A stretch of 64,000 nt of DNA. Source: Mobula hypostoma (taxonomy: Eukaryota). Position 1 is the first letter of the stretch. The number at the start of each line of letters is the position of its first letter. The stretch spans positions 62,001-126,000 of the forward strand of contig NW_026948167.1 in assembly GCF_963921235.1 (NCBI RefSeq), written 5' to 3'. A model generated the notes under the pieces. That model did no database searches, was not told the origin of the DNA, and saw only the letters and a list, made by a program, of their open reading frames with translations. The position numbers and the translations under genes are program-made. Of this stretch, positions 26,332 through 39,839 are shown one piece after another.

Positions 26332-27258
26332 GAGGGGGAATTGCGCTGAGATTTGAAAATTTCATCCAAGCTTTACTTTTTAAATATTCAACAAAATCTC
26401 CCGCATAACAGATCCATTATACATTTTATTTCTAAAAACAAGATGTCACCCCGCAGCCACCAGTCGCCTGTAATCTCCCCGTCCCTCACTCCCTCCCATT
26501 CAACTCCCCGCTCCCAGCACCTTTTTCCTGGGCTCCCACTAACCCTCTTTTGTAAGGTAAAGAGCGGTCAGCAAGGTGTTGATTGGAGCCTTGAGTTAAT
26601 ATCCCGTGACTGCCATCCTCAGAGTTGTAGAGTCCTCGGGCCAGAGAAGATAATGAAAGAAAAAAAGTGCCTTAAATATTTTCCGCAATAGCCAAATATC
26701 AGTCCAAGATACCAGACAGCCCCGATTATATTTTTAGATAATCNNNNNNNNNNNNNNNNNNNNNNNNNNNNNNNNNNNNNNNNNNNNNNNNNNNNNNNNN
26801 NNNNNNNNNNNNNNNNNNNNNNNNNNNNNNNNNNNNNNNNNNNNNNNNNNNNNNNNNNNNNNNNNNNNNNNNNNNNNNNNNNNNNNGTCTTTACCCTCAG
26901 CCCTCGCCATCTCCTGCGTTTTTACCACCTGCCGGACTAAGATAAAAAGCAAGTTCAAACAACCACAATTTCTCACTCTCCTCCCCGTCTGAAAGCACCG
27001 TCTGCAAGCGTGAGGGGGAGGGGCGTATTTATAGACCAGTTTTGGAAGTTTAGAAGCTTTTTTTCTCTCTCTCTTCTCAAGCCATGTCTGCACTTGTATT
27101 TCTCTCGCCGAAACTTTGTGCTCCTGTAAAGTTTGTATATGAGAAACGGGGTGGGTGGGGGGGGGGGGGTAGAGAGAGAGAGAGAGAGAACTTTTTATTG
27201 TTAATTTTTGTGTGTGTGAGTTATACGTCTGAGTCTCGCTGTATCTACATGCTAATGT

Positions 27259-27297
<39 letters not shown>

Positions 27298-28844
27298 TGT
27301 CTGTCTGTCTGTCTGTCAGTGTAGATGTGTAAACATGTTCCAGTGTGAATGCATATGCACCTGTGAAGGAGGGGAAAGGAGAGAGAGAAACAGGGAGATG
27401 AAAAAAAGGAATCAGAGAGATGGAAGCAGAAAGAGAGCTCGGGGGAAGGAGAAAAAGGAATGGGAGGGAAAGACAGATTCAAAGAGAGGGATAAAGGGGT
27501 GGGAAGAAGACAAAGTGGGAGAGAGAGGTGCAGAGAGAGAGGGGGGGAAGAGGAAGAGAGAGGGGGTTGCGATGGAGAGGCGTAACAGATAGTTTCAGGC
27601 AGAGAGCGAGAGAGATACGTACAAGGGCAGACAGACAAACAAAAAAATGAAAGACAGACACGGAGATACAGAGAAAGAGAGAGTGAAATGGGGAAATGCA
27701 GAGAGGGGAGTGGGAGATGCAGACAAAGTGTGAGAGACAGATCGAGAGAAAGGGGGAATGTATAGAGTGCCAGAGAAAGATAGAGAGAGGGATAGACAGG
27801 GAGAGGGAGAGAGAGCAACTTGTTGATCTCTGTTCTGTATCTCGCTCCAGCCTCTGCTGTGTCCGCGGGGGTCCGAGGGAGCGGGAAAAGAACCAAGCTT
27901 CTGCTTAAACGCGATAAAATTCGCAACGACTTTGAACTTCGGAGTTGCTGAGGTCGGGACCCCTTCCCCCGGCTAGGCAAGGCTTTAGATCAGATAGAGT
28001 ATCCTAGAGTTATATATAACGATAGGAGTGAAAGCATTTCTGAAATGTCGAATGCATGCGTGGTGTTGATATCACTATTATACAGATTACCCTGTTTTTT
28101 TCGCCACGTTTGCTTGTTTAAAAAAATCAAAAATGTTTCCACACGCGGAGCATTATCCACCCCACGTCCCTTCGGTTTAAGCTTGAGCGTCGTGTCCCCG
28201 ATTTGCCAATTTGATCATGAAGGCTGGGGGTCACGTCAGAGTGTGAGAGGCTGTGTCATGATGTGGTCGGGAGGGACACTCACGTAAACAGTTTCTGCCT
28301 TCCCCGGAGATACACACACACACACAAAAACAACTCCTCTGCCATCTCCTTTCACTCACACATTAACATATGAACTGCATGCACATATACAAATGCACAC
28401 ATATAAAAGCACGCATGCGTGCACATAAACGCATAGATGTACACCCTCCACCACCTCCTCTCTGTCATATGCACACACGCTCTCTCTCTCTCGCTCCCTA
28501 CGTACACGCTGAAACACACATATATTCATACCTCGCTACTCCTCTCTCTCACACACATTTATATTTATCCTCTCCGCCACTCATGTACACACGCACATAC
28601 ATTCATCTTTAAACACTCTCGCACACACACAAGCACATAACACACGTGTGCTTAAGTCTACAATCATGCACATAACACACGTCCAAGCACACCTCCATAT
28701 CCATGCACACATCACAAATGCGTACTTACGCCCAGTGTGTGTGTGCTTGCAGGTTTATTTGAGGGGGAGAGAGGTCTCTCAGAGAAGGGGAGATGAAGGT
28801 AGAAAGACAGAGATATAGAGAAGTAAGAGAATGTCAGATAGAGA

Positions 28845-29976
28845 GATGGAGTCTGCTCCACGATTCGATCATGACTGATTTATTATCCCTCTCAATCCAA
28901 TTCCCCTACTTTCTCCCTGTAGCCTTTGACGTCCTTACTTATTAAGAACTTATGAACCTCCGCTTTAAATATACCTAATTAACTTGGCCACGTTACCCTC
29001 TGATAAAGAAATGCCTCCTCTATCTCTGTTCTAAAGGGACGCTCTTCTATTCTGAAGCTGTGCCCTCTAGTCCTAGACTCCCCCAGTATCGGAATTATCC
29101 TCTCCACGTCCACTCTATCTCGGCCTTCCGATATTCGATAGCTTTCAATTAGATTTCCCGTCATTCTTTTGAACTCCAGCGAATAAATTGTCCCCGGACT
29201 CTCTCAATGTCAACACATCCTTTTTTTTAAGCTATCGGGCCCAAAACTGCTCACAATAGTCCAACTGCGGTCTGACCAGTGTATTATAAACCCTCAGCAT
29301 TATATCCTTGCTTTTATATTCTAGTCCTCTCAAAATCAATGCTAACATTATATTTGCCTTCCTCACCACCGACCCAGCCTGCAAGTTCACCGGTCATTCT
29401 GCCTTGTCCCATCGATTCGCACCTGGACCTTAGCCCTCAGTACTCCTCCCACCCATGTACTAATCCAAACTTCTCTGAAGTGTTGCAATCAAACTCGCAT
29501 CCGCCACTTCCGCTGGCAGTTCGTTCCACACTCTCACCACCCTCTGAGAGAAGAAGTTCCCCTTTATGTTCCACTTAAATATTTCATCTGGTGTACACAC
29601 AGGCATTGCAAGTGTAAGTGTCGGGAAGTCACGTTCAGCTGTATAAAACTTGGGTCAGACCGCACTAAGAGAATTACATTCAGTTCTGGTCGCTGTGGAG
29701 ACTTTGGAGAGGGTGCAGAAGTGGCTCGCCAGGATGCTGCCTGGGTTAGAAGGCATGAACAGTAAGAAGAGGTTGGTCAAACTTGGGTTGTTGTCTCTGA
29801 AGCCGCGGAATCTGTGTGGAGATCTGATAGAGGTTTATAAGATTATGAGAGGCAGAGATACTGTATGGTAGACAGTCAACCTTTCCCCCAAGGTAGAATT
29901 GTCAAACGCCAGAGGACATGTTTTTAATGTTTGGGGAGGGGTGCTCAAAGGTGGCAACCTGTGTGTGTGTGTGTGT

Positions 29977-30012
<36 letters not shown>

Positions 30013-30295
30013 GAGACAGAGAGAGAGAATGACAGGAATAGAGAGTGAAAGCTAACAAGACAAAAGGAGAGGCCGTGATAGAGATGGAGATAGTAATTAA
30101 GAAAGACGATGTGAGAGAGAAAGATGGACAGAGTAACTCAAGCAGAAAGGGAGAAAATGGAGATAGAGGGGACAGAGATAGATAGATATAGAGAAAGGGA
30201 GAGAGGGGAACAACGATGTGTAAAAGACATTTAGGTAGACACATGAACAGGCGGGGAATGGAGGGATATGAGCACTATGCGAGCAAAGGTGATAA
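28845..30295. mobile_element. Degenerate CR1 LINE fragments (28845-29590 minus; 29600-29960 and 30220-30295 plus)
   Basis: ORFs GNLIESYRISEGRDRVDVERIIPILGESRTRGHSFRIEERPFRTE (-) and LERVQKWLARMLPGLEGM...GDLIEVYKIMRG (+). Confidence 0.8.
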
Positions 30296-30299
30296 GTTG

Positions 30300-31420
30300 C
30301 AGTGGTGATAGAAATTTTGCGAACCCTGTAGAATTTTCTCTATTTCATCATAAATATGACCTAAATGTGATCAAATCTTCACACAAGTCCTAAAACTAGA
30401 TAGAGAACCCAATTAAATAAATAACACAAAAACATTATACTTGTTCATTTATTTTTTGAGAAAAAATGATCCAATATCACATGTATTTGTTGGAAAAAGT
30501 ATGTGAATCCTTTCTTTCAGTAATTGGTGTTACCCCCTTGTACAGCAATAACTTCAACCAAACGTTTCTGGTAACTGGTGACCAGTCCTGCACGTCAGCT
30601 TGGAGGAATTTTGGCCATTCCTCCTTACAAAACTGCTTCAACTCTGGGATGTTGGAGGGCTTCCTTCCATGAACTGTTTGCTTCAGGTCCTTCCACAACA
30701 TTTCTATAGGACTTTGAAGTCGGACTTTGACTCGGCCATTGAAAAACATGAATTTCCGTTCTTTTTAAACCATTCTATTGTTGATTTACTCTTGTCTTTT
30801 GGATCTTTGTCTTGTTGCATTATCCAACTTCTATTAAGCCAGGTGAAGGACTGCTACCCGAACATTCTCCTACAAAATATCTTGCTACAATTTCGAATTC
30901 ATTGTTCCCTCAACGATGCAAGTTGTCCAGGTCCCGAGGCAGCAAAGCAGCCCCAAACCATGCTGCTCCTTCCATCATGCTTCACAGTTGGGATGAGATT
31001 TTGGCGTTGATGTGCGGTGTCCTTCATCCTCCAAACACCGTAATGTGCATTTCTGCCAAAAAGTTCAACCTTTGTCTCATCTATCTACAGAAGCGTTGTA
31101 GAACATACAGGTGGTCTTTTGCAAACTTGAGACGTGTATCAATACGCAATATCTTTCCATGAACACCACTCTTGTTCAGTGTTTTTCTTATAGTGGACAC
31201 ATGAACAGAGACTTCAGCAAGTTCTGCAGATCTTTTGCTGTTACCCTTGGGTTGTTTTTCACCTCTTTCAACATTGCACACTGTGCTCTTGGTGCGATCT
31301 TTGCAGGATGCCCACTCCTAGGGAGGGTAGAAACAGTACTGAGTTTCCTCCATTTGTAGAGAATTTCCCTTACTGTGGACTGATGAACACTCGGGTCTTT
31401 AGAAATGATTTTGTAGCCAG
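30300..31420 (-). mobile_element. Tc1/mariner DNA transposon remnant (one TIR plus broken transposase)
   Basis: TIR-like end CAGTGGTGATAGAAA at 30300, with an inner DR-like copy near 30490. Transposase pieces: GYKIISKDPSVHQSTVREILYKWRK...LPRSGHPAKI...KEVKNNPRVTAKDLQ; STIRKTLNKSGVHG; PIEMLWKDLKQTVHGRKPSNIPELKQFCKEEWPK. Confidence 0.9.
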
Positions 31421-32693
31421 TCAGTAACATGAACTGGACGGAATGAATGAGAGTGATTGTGTGACAGAGAGGGGGGGCGGGTAGAGAGTGGATGGCAGAG
31501 ACAGGAGACCTAAGGAGAAGACGAAGAAGGTAGATAGGTACTAGCAATAGCCATATGTAGTGAGACAGACAGACAGACAAACCAGATGGAGCGAGACAGA
31601 ACAAGTGGAACACATACACATAGATATAGGAAGAGGGAGAAGGACAGTTTGACAAATTGAGAGAAACAGGGATCGAGGAGACACAGATAGATATAGAGAG
31701 ACGACATGAGAGGCAGAGAGACGGGGACACACACCCAGGTAGAGAGAGAGACATTCAGAACATAGAGATAGGAAAGCACAGAAGGACATAGGGAGACCCA
31801 CTGAGAGGCAAATTGATGGCAGAAAGGGGGAAGGTCAAACACGTGCATACAGAGCTAGACAAAGCAAATGACAAACAGGCGGAAAAAGGGAAACAGAGAG
31901 CCAAATGGAGGAAACACGTGCTGGAAATCAGAAATAACAGCAGAAAACGTCAGAAACATTCAACAGGTCGAGGCCGTATCCGTTCATAGAGAAACGCAAG
32001 GAATGTTTCAGGATATGAAGATCCTTCGTCAGAACACAGAGGGATAAAGTGTAGAGGCAGAGAGAGAGAGAGAGAGAGAGAGACAGGCAGACAGAGACAA
32101 AGACAACGAGAAACAGAGAGAGAGAGATTGGAGAGAGGGAAGGTGATAGGGAGACCGAAAGAGACAGAGAGGAAGAATAAAAATCTTGTGGGGACACAGA
32201 AGCAGAGATTGAGGTAGGCCGGGGGAAATGCAGAGAGAGAGACAGAGGGAGAGACGGGAGGGAGGGAGAAAGGGCGAGACAGAGAGAGCAGGAAAGGGAA
32301 GGAGAGAGAGGGAAACAGAAGGAGAGAGAAGGAAAGAGAGAGAGGGCGAGAAACTGAAAGGTAAAGGAACAGGAAATAGAGAAGGGAGAGAGAGGGATAT
32401 GAGGGAGAACGGTAGAGAGTGTGGGAGAGAGAGAGGAGAGAGACAGGGAGGGAAACAGAGGGACAGACATACATTCAAGGAGACAGGCAGACTGGGAGAG
32501 GCAGAAAGGCAAGAGGCTAAATGCGCAGGCATCGATTGAACTACCCTACAGCACTGCCCCACCTTCCAGGCAACTTCCAACCCAGACTCCGACCAGGCTT
32601 CATCCTGGTGAGAAGTATTTCTGGGGAGATGTCGAGGCGGCTGAGGGTGGGGACGTGGAGACCGATGGGTGGATGGGTGGGGAGGTGGGTTGG

Positions 32694-32744
<51 letters not shown>

Positions 32745-33327
32745 GAAAGCAAAGGATGGGGGAGGGGAAATAGACAGAGGAAGAACTGGAATGCATCTGT
32801 TTTCCAGATTGCATTCTTGAAAATAAACCATGGTAATGACATTGATATGGACTTCGAAATTTAATCTCTCTGTCTCTCTCTCTCTCTCTCGCTCTTTCAT
32901 TTTCTCTACGTTTCACCGCTCCTCCATCTCTCCGTTTATCTGTCAGCCTCTCTTTTTCTTTCTCCCGCTCTTTTCATCTCTTTCTTTGTCTTACCCCTCG
33001 CTTTATCTTTCCCCCTCTCTATCTATTCATATGTCTCTTCCTGTCTATGCCTCGGTCTGTCTAGCTATTTATATGTCTATCTGTCTATCCATGTATCTAT
33101 CTACGTATCTATGTATTATGTATGTAACTATCTATCTATCTATCCATCTCTACTGTCTTCCACGCTATTTTCACATTACGTCGACGTTGGTTGAATCTGT
33201 GTGCGTGGGTGGATTGAGGCGTGTGTGATAAAAGGGAGAGTGTTATGTGCACGCATGTGACAGATTATGTGTGTTGGGGGGAAGTGAAGGAGAAAGCGGG
33301 TATGTGATAGTGATGTGTGTATGTATG

Positions 33328-33378
<51 letters not shown>

Positions 33379-34649
33379 ATGAGAGAGAGAGGAGGGGAAT
33401 ACAGCTTAACTTTAATTTGAGTTTAACGATATTTACCATGAACATCAAATCAGTGGAGGGATCCCACACATATCTAGGCCGGTGAGAGACTTCGAAGGTA
33501 CATTTTTGTCCACTAATCTCCTGAAAATGTTTTAAACAGCCGCTTTTCTCGTTTCACATCCGAAGAAAACACGATCCAAGTATGTGCGTCTCTCTTCCCC
33601 CGCCCCCTCCCCTTTCTCTCTCTCTCTTTGATCGCCACTTGGCTGGCGTATTTTTGGCCGTGACCCTCACTGTCTGCTGAGGTCGACGCAACATGACGCC
33701 ACATTTCAGTTTTGTCCTTTGAATGGTGTTTATCAAGGTTTCGGCGTCCGTGGGGGGGGGGGGGGGGGGTGGAGGGAGAGTGAGAGCGAGGTGGGACGGG
33801 GACGGGGGAGGCGGGAGAGTGCCTATAAAACAACTAGCAAATCGAGTTATTATTGCCCCATGTACTGCGGTCCAGTGCAAAACTTGTCGTGCATACCGTT
33901 TATAATAGAAACTCTATAAACTTTATACAGATCAGATTAAGGACTCTCGCCGTCTGGGACGTGCCCGCTTCTTATTACTATCATCAGGAAGGAGGCACAG
34001 GAGTCCGAAGGCCCTCACTTAGCACTTCTTGAGCAGGTTTTGCAGTCAGGTTTCTGAATGGTGTATTAGAAGGAGCATTACTTTGTTATTCCATTTTTTG
34101 GTGTTATTTATTTATTTCAAAAATTATACTAGCTTTATGTTTTAGCCCAGTACAACTGCTACAGAAAGGCAAATTTCACTTCATAAAAGACTGCGTTAAA
34201 AAAAACCTGATTCATTAGGCAAAACAATAAGAGAATTGCAGAATTTACAGAGAAAGGGCAGTGCAGACAGACAATTAGGTGCAAGGACCACGACGAGATT
34301 GATTGTGAGGTCGAGTCCATTTTATCGTACAGGAGACCATTCAATAGTCTGATAGCAATAGTCTGATAGAAGCTGTTCTTGGGTCTGTGGTACGTGCGTG
34401 GGGAGGGAAAGAGATTGCCCGGAGTGAGTGGAGACTTTATGTTGGCTGGCTTACGGAGTCAGAGAGCAGTGTAAACGGGAGGAGAGGCTGAAATGTTGTG
34501 GTCACGGAGATGATGCATCCTGATAGGGTGCCTTCTATGGTTCATCAATTAAATTTGGTGAGAGAAGAATTTCTTTAGCCTTCTGTTGAAGTACAAGGGT
34601 GGCGGACTTTCTGGCCGTGCAAGACGAGGGCGTAAAGGAGAAGAAGACC

Positions 34650-37060
34650 ATTAGACTATAAGACCTAGGAGCAGAATTAGGCCAGTCGGCCTATCAAGTC
34701 TGCTCGGCCATTCCATCATGGGTGATTTACTATCCCCCTCAGCAAGTATAGGCCTAGAACTCCTCATATATTACCCGTTCATTCCTGGGATGATTCTTTT
34801 GACCCTCTTCTGGACTCTCTCCAATGTCAGCACATCTTTTCTTAGATACTGTTCACAATGCACCAAGTGGGGTTTGATCAATGCCTTCTGAACGGTCAAC
34901 ATTGTATCCTTACTTTCATATTCTAGTCCTTTCAGAATGAATGCTAACATTGTATTTGCCTTCCTTAACACCAACTAAACCTGCAAGTTAACCTTTAGCG
35001 AATTCGGCACGAGGGTTCCCAAGACCCCTCTCCACCTCTATTTTTTTCAAATTTCTCCCCATTTACAAGATAGCCCAGACGTTTATTCCTTCTGCCAAGC
35101 TGCATGACCATGCACTTCCCTGCATTATATTCCATCTGCCACTTCTTTGCACAGTTCCTCAATCTTCCTAAGTCATTCTCCAGCCTGCCTGCTTCCTTCA
35201 CGTTACCTGCCCCTCCAACTATCTTCGTATCGTCCGCAAACCTGGCCATAAATCCATCAATTCCTTCATCCAAATCATTGACACACAGTGCGAAATGAAC
35301 CGCTCCTAACACAACGTTTTCGGCACACCACTATTCACTGGCAGCCAACCACAGTTCTCCTTTATTCCCACTCCTTGCCTCTTGCCAGACAGGCAATTCT
35401 TTTCCTAGGCTAGTATCTTTCCCAAAATACTCTGGGCTCTTATCTTGTTTAGCGGCCTCATGAGTGGCACTTTGTCAAAGGCCTTTTGCTTGTTATTTCC
35501 TCAAATAATTCCAATGGATTTTTCAGGCAAGAATTCCCCTTTTTAAAACAAAAACATGCTGACTTTGGCCTATTTTATCACGTGTCTCCAAGTACCCTGA
35601 AACCTCATCCTTAATAATAGACTCAAACACCTTTCCAACCATTGAGGTCAGGTCAACTGTCCTCTAATTTCCTTTCTTCTGCCTTCCTCCCTTCTTAAAT
35701 ATGGAATGACATTTGCAATTTTCCAGTCCTCAGGAGCCATAAGACCATAAGACCATAAGACAAAGGAGCAGGAGTAGGCCATTCGGCCCTCTCCGCCATT
35801 TTTATCATGAGCTGATCCATTTTCTCCTATTTAGTCCCACTCCCCCGCCTTCTCACCATAACCTTTGATGCCCTGGCTACTCAGACACCTATCAATCTCT
35901 GCCTTAAATACACCCAATGACTTGGCCTCCACTGCTGCCCGTGGCAACAAATTCCATAGATTCGCCACCCTCTGACTAAAAAAATGTCTTCGCATTTCTG
36001 TTCTGAAAGGGCGCCCTTCAATCCTTGAGTCATGCCCTCTCGTACTAGACTCCCCCATCATGGGAAACAACTTTGCCACATCCACTCTGTCCATGCCTTT
36101 TAACATTCGAAATGTTTCTATGAGGTCTCCCCTCATTCTTCTAAACTCCAAGGAATACAATCCAAGAGCGGACAAAGGTTCCTCATATGTTAACGCTCTC
36201 AGTCCCGGAATCATTCTCGTGAATCTTCTCTGTACCCTCTCCAACGTCAGCACATCCTTTCTTAAATAAGGAGACCAAAACTGCCCACAGTACTCCAAGT
36301 GAGGTCTCATCAGCGCCTTATAGAGCCTCAACATCACATCCATGCTCCTATACTCTATTCTTCTAGAAATGAATGTCAACATTGCCATAACAGATCTAGT
36401 GATCATTACTAATGCCCCCACAATCTCTTCAGCTACCTCTTTCAGAACCGTGGGGTGTAGTCCATCTGGTCCAAGTGACTTATCTACCTTCAGACCTTTC
36501 AGCTACCCAAGCATCTTTGCCTTAGTGATAGCAACTACACTCACTTCTGCCCCCTGAGACTTTCATATTTCTGGTATTCTGCTAGTGTCTTGCACAGTGA
36601 AGGCTTGTGCAAATTACTTATTATGCTGCTCCACCAGTTCTTTGTCCTCCAGTAGTATCTCTCCAACGTCATTTTCCAGTGGTCCGATATCCACTCTCAT
36701 CTCTCTTTTACTCTTATTATATCTGAAAGAAAGACTGTATCCTGTTTTATAATATTGGTTAGGTTACATTCGTAATTCATCTGCGTTCTCTTTATGGCGT
36801 TTTAGTTGCTCTCTGTTGGTTTTTAAAAGTTTCTGAATCCGCTACCATCCTGATAATATTTGCTTTTTTATGTGTTCTCTTTTTTGCTTTTATGCTGTCT
36901 TTGATTCCCCTTGTCAGCCATGGTTGCCTCATCCTCCCTTCTTCATCTTTGGAATGTATTTATCCTGCGCCTTCCGAATTCGCCTCCCCCCCCCCCCGCC
37001 CCCCAACGCCATGAAACCCCAGCCTTTGCTGTTCTGCTATCATTCCTGCCATCCTCTTCT
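34650..37060 (-). mobile_element. Old CR1 LINE interrupted by a younger nested CR1 3' fragment (35743-36383)
   Basis: Old copy: NDLDEGIDGFMARFADDTKIVG...WQMEYNAGKC and KANTMLAFILKGLEY. Nested copy: ORF 35831-36421 MLRLYKALMRPHLEYCGQFWSP..., a (CATAAGAC)n tail, and candidate TSD GCCATAA at 35736-35742 and 36384-36390. Confidence 0.88.
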
Positions 37061-37189
37061 TACCCTCACTGGCACGTGGCACAGGCAGAAATCCAGAGAT
37101 TAGCTGAGGTCCTACTTTACAGCTTCCTGTCTAACTCTCTATATTATTTCTTCAAGACCTCTCTTTTCCTACCTATGCCGTTGGTAGGA

Positions 37190-37670
37190 ACATAGAATAG
37201 TACAGCACAGTACAGGCCCTTCGGCCCACAATGTTGTGCCGACCCTCAAACCCTGCCTCCCATATAACCCCCCCACCTTAAATTCCTCCATATACCTGTC
37301 TAGTGGTCTATTAAACTTCACTAGTGTATCTGCCTCCACCACTGACTCAGGCAGTGCATTCTACGCACCAATCACTCTCTGAGTATAAAACCTTCCTCTA
37401 ATATCCCCCTTGAACTTCCCACCCCTTACCTTAAAGCCACTTGTATTGAGCAGTGATGCCCTGGGGAAGAGGCGTTGGCTATCCACTCTATCTATTCCTC
37501 TTATTATCTTGTACACCTCTATCATGTCTCCTCTCATTCTCCTTCTCTCCAAAGAGTAAAGCCCTAGCTCCCTTAATCTCTGATCATAATGCATACTCTC
37601 TAAACCAAGCAGCATCCTGGTAAATCTCCTCTGTACGCTTTCCAATGCTTCCACATCCTTCCTATAGTAA
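37190..37670 (-). mobile_element. CR1 LINE 3' fragment
   Basis: ALESVQRRFTRMLLGLESMHYDQRLRELGLYSLERRRMRGDMIEVYKII...FYTQRVIGA plus 3' tail. Confidence 0.88.
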
Positions 37671-37804
37671 TATGTACCAAGACTTCCGGCGGGTCACTCC
37701 CCCACTTTAGACACGATCCGAGATGTCTCTGGCCTCTGCAACTGGGAGGCTACATACCACCGGGTGTCTCGTTCACGTTCACAGAATCTCCTTTCTGCTA
37801 TCAC

Positions 37805-39137
37805 TACTGCATTGGATAGCAGTAACAGGATTGGTCCGAGTCAGCATGGATTTATGAAGGAGAAATCCTGCTTGACTAATCTTCTGGAATTTTTTGAGGA
37901 TGTAACTATGAAAATGGACAAGGGAGGGCCAGTGGATGTAGTGTACCTGGACTTTCAGAAAGCCTTTGATAAAGTCCCACATAGGAGATTAGTGGGCAAA
38001 CTTAGGGCACATAGTATTGGGGGCAGAGTACTGACATGGATTGAAAATTGGCTGGCCGACAGAAAACAAAGAGTAGCGATTAACGGGCCCCTTTCGGAAT
38101 AGCAGGCGGTGACCAATGGGGTACCGCAGGGTTCAGTGCTGGGACCGCAGCTGTTTACAATATATATTAATGATTTAGATGAGGGAATTAAAAGTAACAT
38201 TAGCAAATTTGCCGATGACTCAAAGCTGGGTGGCAGTGTGAAATGTGAGGAGGATGTTATGAGAATGCAGGGTGACTTGGACAGGCTGGGTGAGTGGGCA
38301 GATGCATGGCAGATGCAGTTTAATGTGGATAAATGTGAGGTTATCCACTTTGGTGGTAAGAACAGGAAGGCAGATTATTATCTAAATGGAGTCAAGTTAA
38401 GAAAAGGGGAAGCACAACGAGATCTAGGTGTTCTTGAACAGCAGTCACTGAAAGCAAGCATGCAAGTACAGCAGGCAGTGAAGAAAGCTAATGGCATGCT
38501 GGCCTTCATAACAAGGGGAATTGAGTATAAGAGCAAAGAGGTCCTTCTGCAGCTGCACAGGGGCCTGGTGAGACCACACCTGGAGTACAGCGTGCAAATT
38601 TGAGGAAGGACATTCTTGCTATTGAGGGAGTGCAGCGTAGGTTCACAAGGTTAATTCCCGGGATGGCGGTACTGTCATATGTCGAAAGATTGGAGCGACT
38701 GGGCTTGTATACTCTGGAATTTAGAAGGCTGAGAGGGGATCTTATTGAAACATATAAGATTATTAAGGGATTGAACACACCGGAGGCAGGAAGCATGTTC
38801 CCGCTGATGGGTGAGTCCAGAACCAGAGGCCACAGTTTAAGAATAAGGGGTAGGCCATTTAGAACGGAGTTGAGGAAAAACTTTCTCACCCAGAGAGTGG
38901 TGGATATGTGGAATGCTCTGCCCCAGAAGGCTGTGGAGGCCAAGTTTCTGGATGCTTTCAAGAAAGAGATGGATAGAGCTCTTAAAGATAGTGGAATCAA
39001 AGGTTATGGGGATAAGGCAGGAACTGGATACTGATTGTGGATGATCAGCCATGATCACAGTGAATGGCGGTGCTGGCTCGAAGGGCCGAATGGTCTACTC
39101 CTGCACCTATTGTCTATTGTCTATTGTCTATTGTCTA
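37805..39137 (+). mobile_element. Young 5'-truncated CR1 LINE (RT domain to 3' tail)
   Basis: SQHGFMKEKSCLTNLLEFFE...VDVVYLDFQKAFDKVPH; GVPQGSVLGPQLFTIYINDLD...KFADDSKL; C-terminus to 39034; (CTATTGT)n tail at ~39105-39137. One premature stop (38100-38102) and a deletion near 38590. Confidence 0.95.
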
Positions 39138-39704
39138 CTTCTCTTCTCCCCTCTGCCAGAGACCTCGTCACTGTGACCCCCCCCCCCGGTAGTTCGTCTC
39201 TCCCCCTAGCAGTATCCAAAGCGATATACTTATTATTGAGGCAAACGACCACAGGGATTCTTTGCACTAGCTGCCTAATCCCTTTCGCTCTCCTGACAGT
39301 TATCTAGCTACCTGCCTCCTGAAACATAGAGGTGACCACCTCCCTGTAGCTCCCATCTATCACCTCCTCATTTTCCCGTATGAGCTGAAGGTAGACGAGC
39401 TGCAGTTCCAGCTCCTTAACAGGGTCTCAAAGGAGCCACATCTCAATGCACTCTGTGTACATGTAGTCGTCAGGCAGACCGGAGATCTCCCAGATTTTCC
39501 ACATCCCACACAAAGAACGTACCACAAATTCTGGATGGGCTCATTCTCAGTGCACTAGCTGTATACTAACAGAAAAAATAACTTACTAGAAACGTTCTTG
39601 CTTCCTTACTTAGAACCTCAGCCTGTACTTGCCCAAGCCTACTCTCGGTCAAGCCTGTTGAGCGAAAGACCGCCCGTTTTAACAAGAACAAGAAGGAAGT
39701 GAGT

Positions 39705-39789
<85 letters not shown>

Positions 39790-39839
39790 AATTGAAGTAG
39801 AGCGAAATGAAACCAAGGAATTAGGAACAGATCACTGAC

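Noticed and set aside
37764-39034. CR1 ORFs as an active or domesticated RT gene
   Set aside because: 5'-truncated, with an in-frame stop at 38100-38102 and a deletion/frameshift near 38590.
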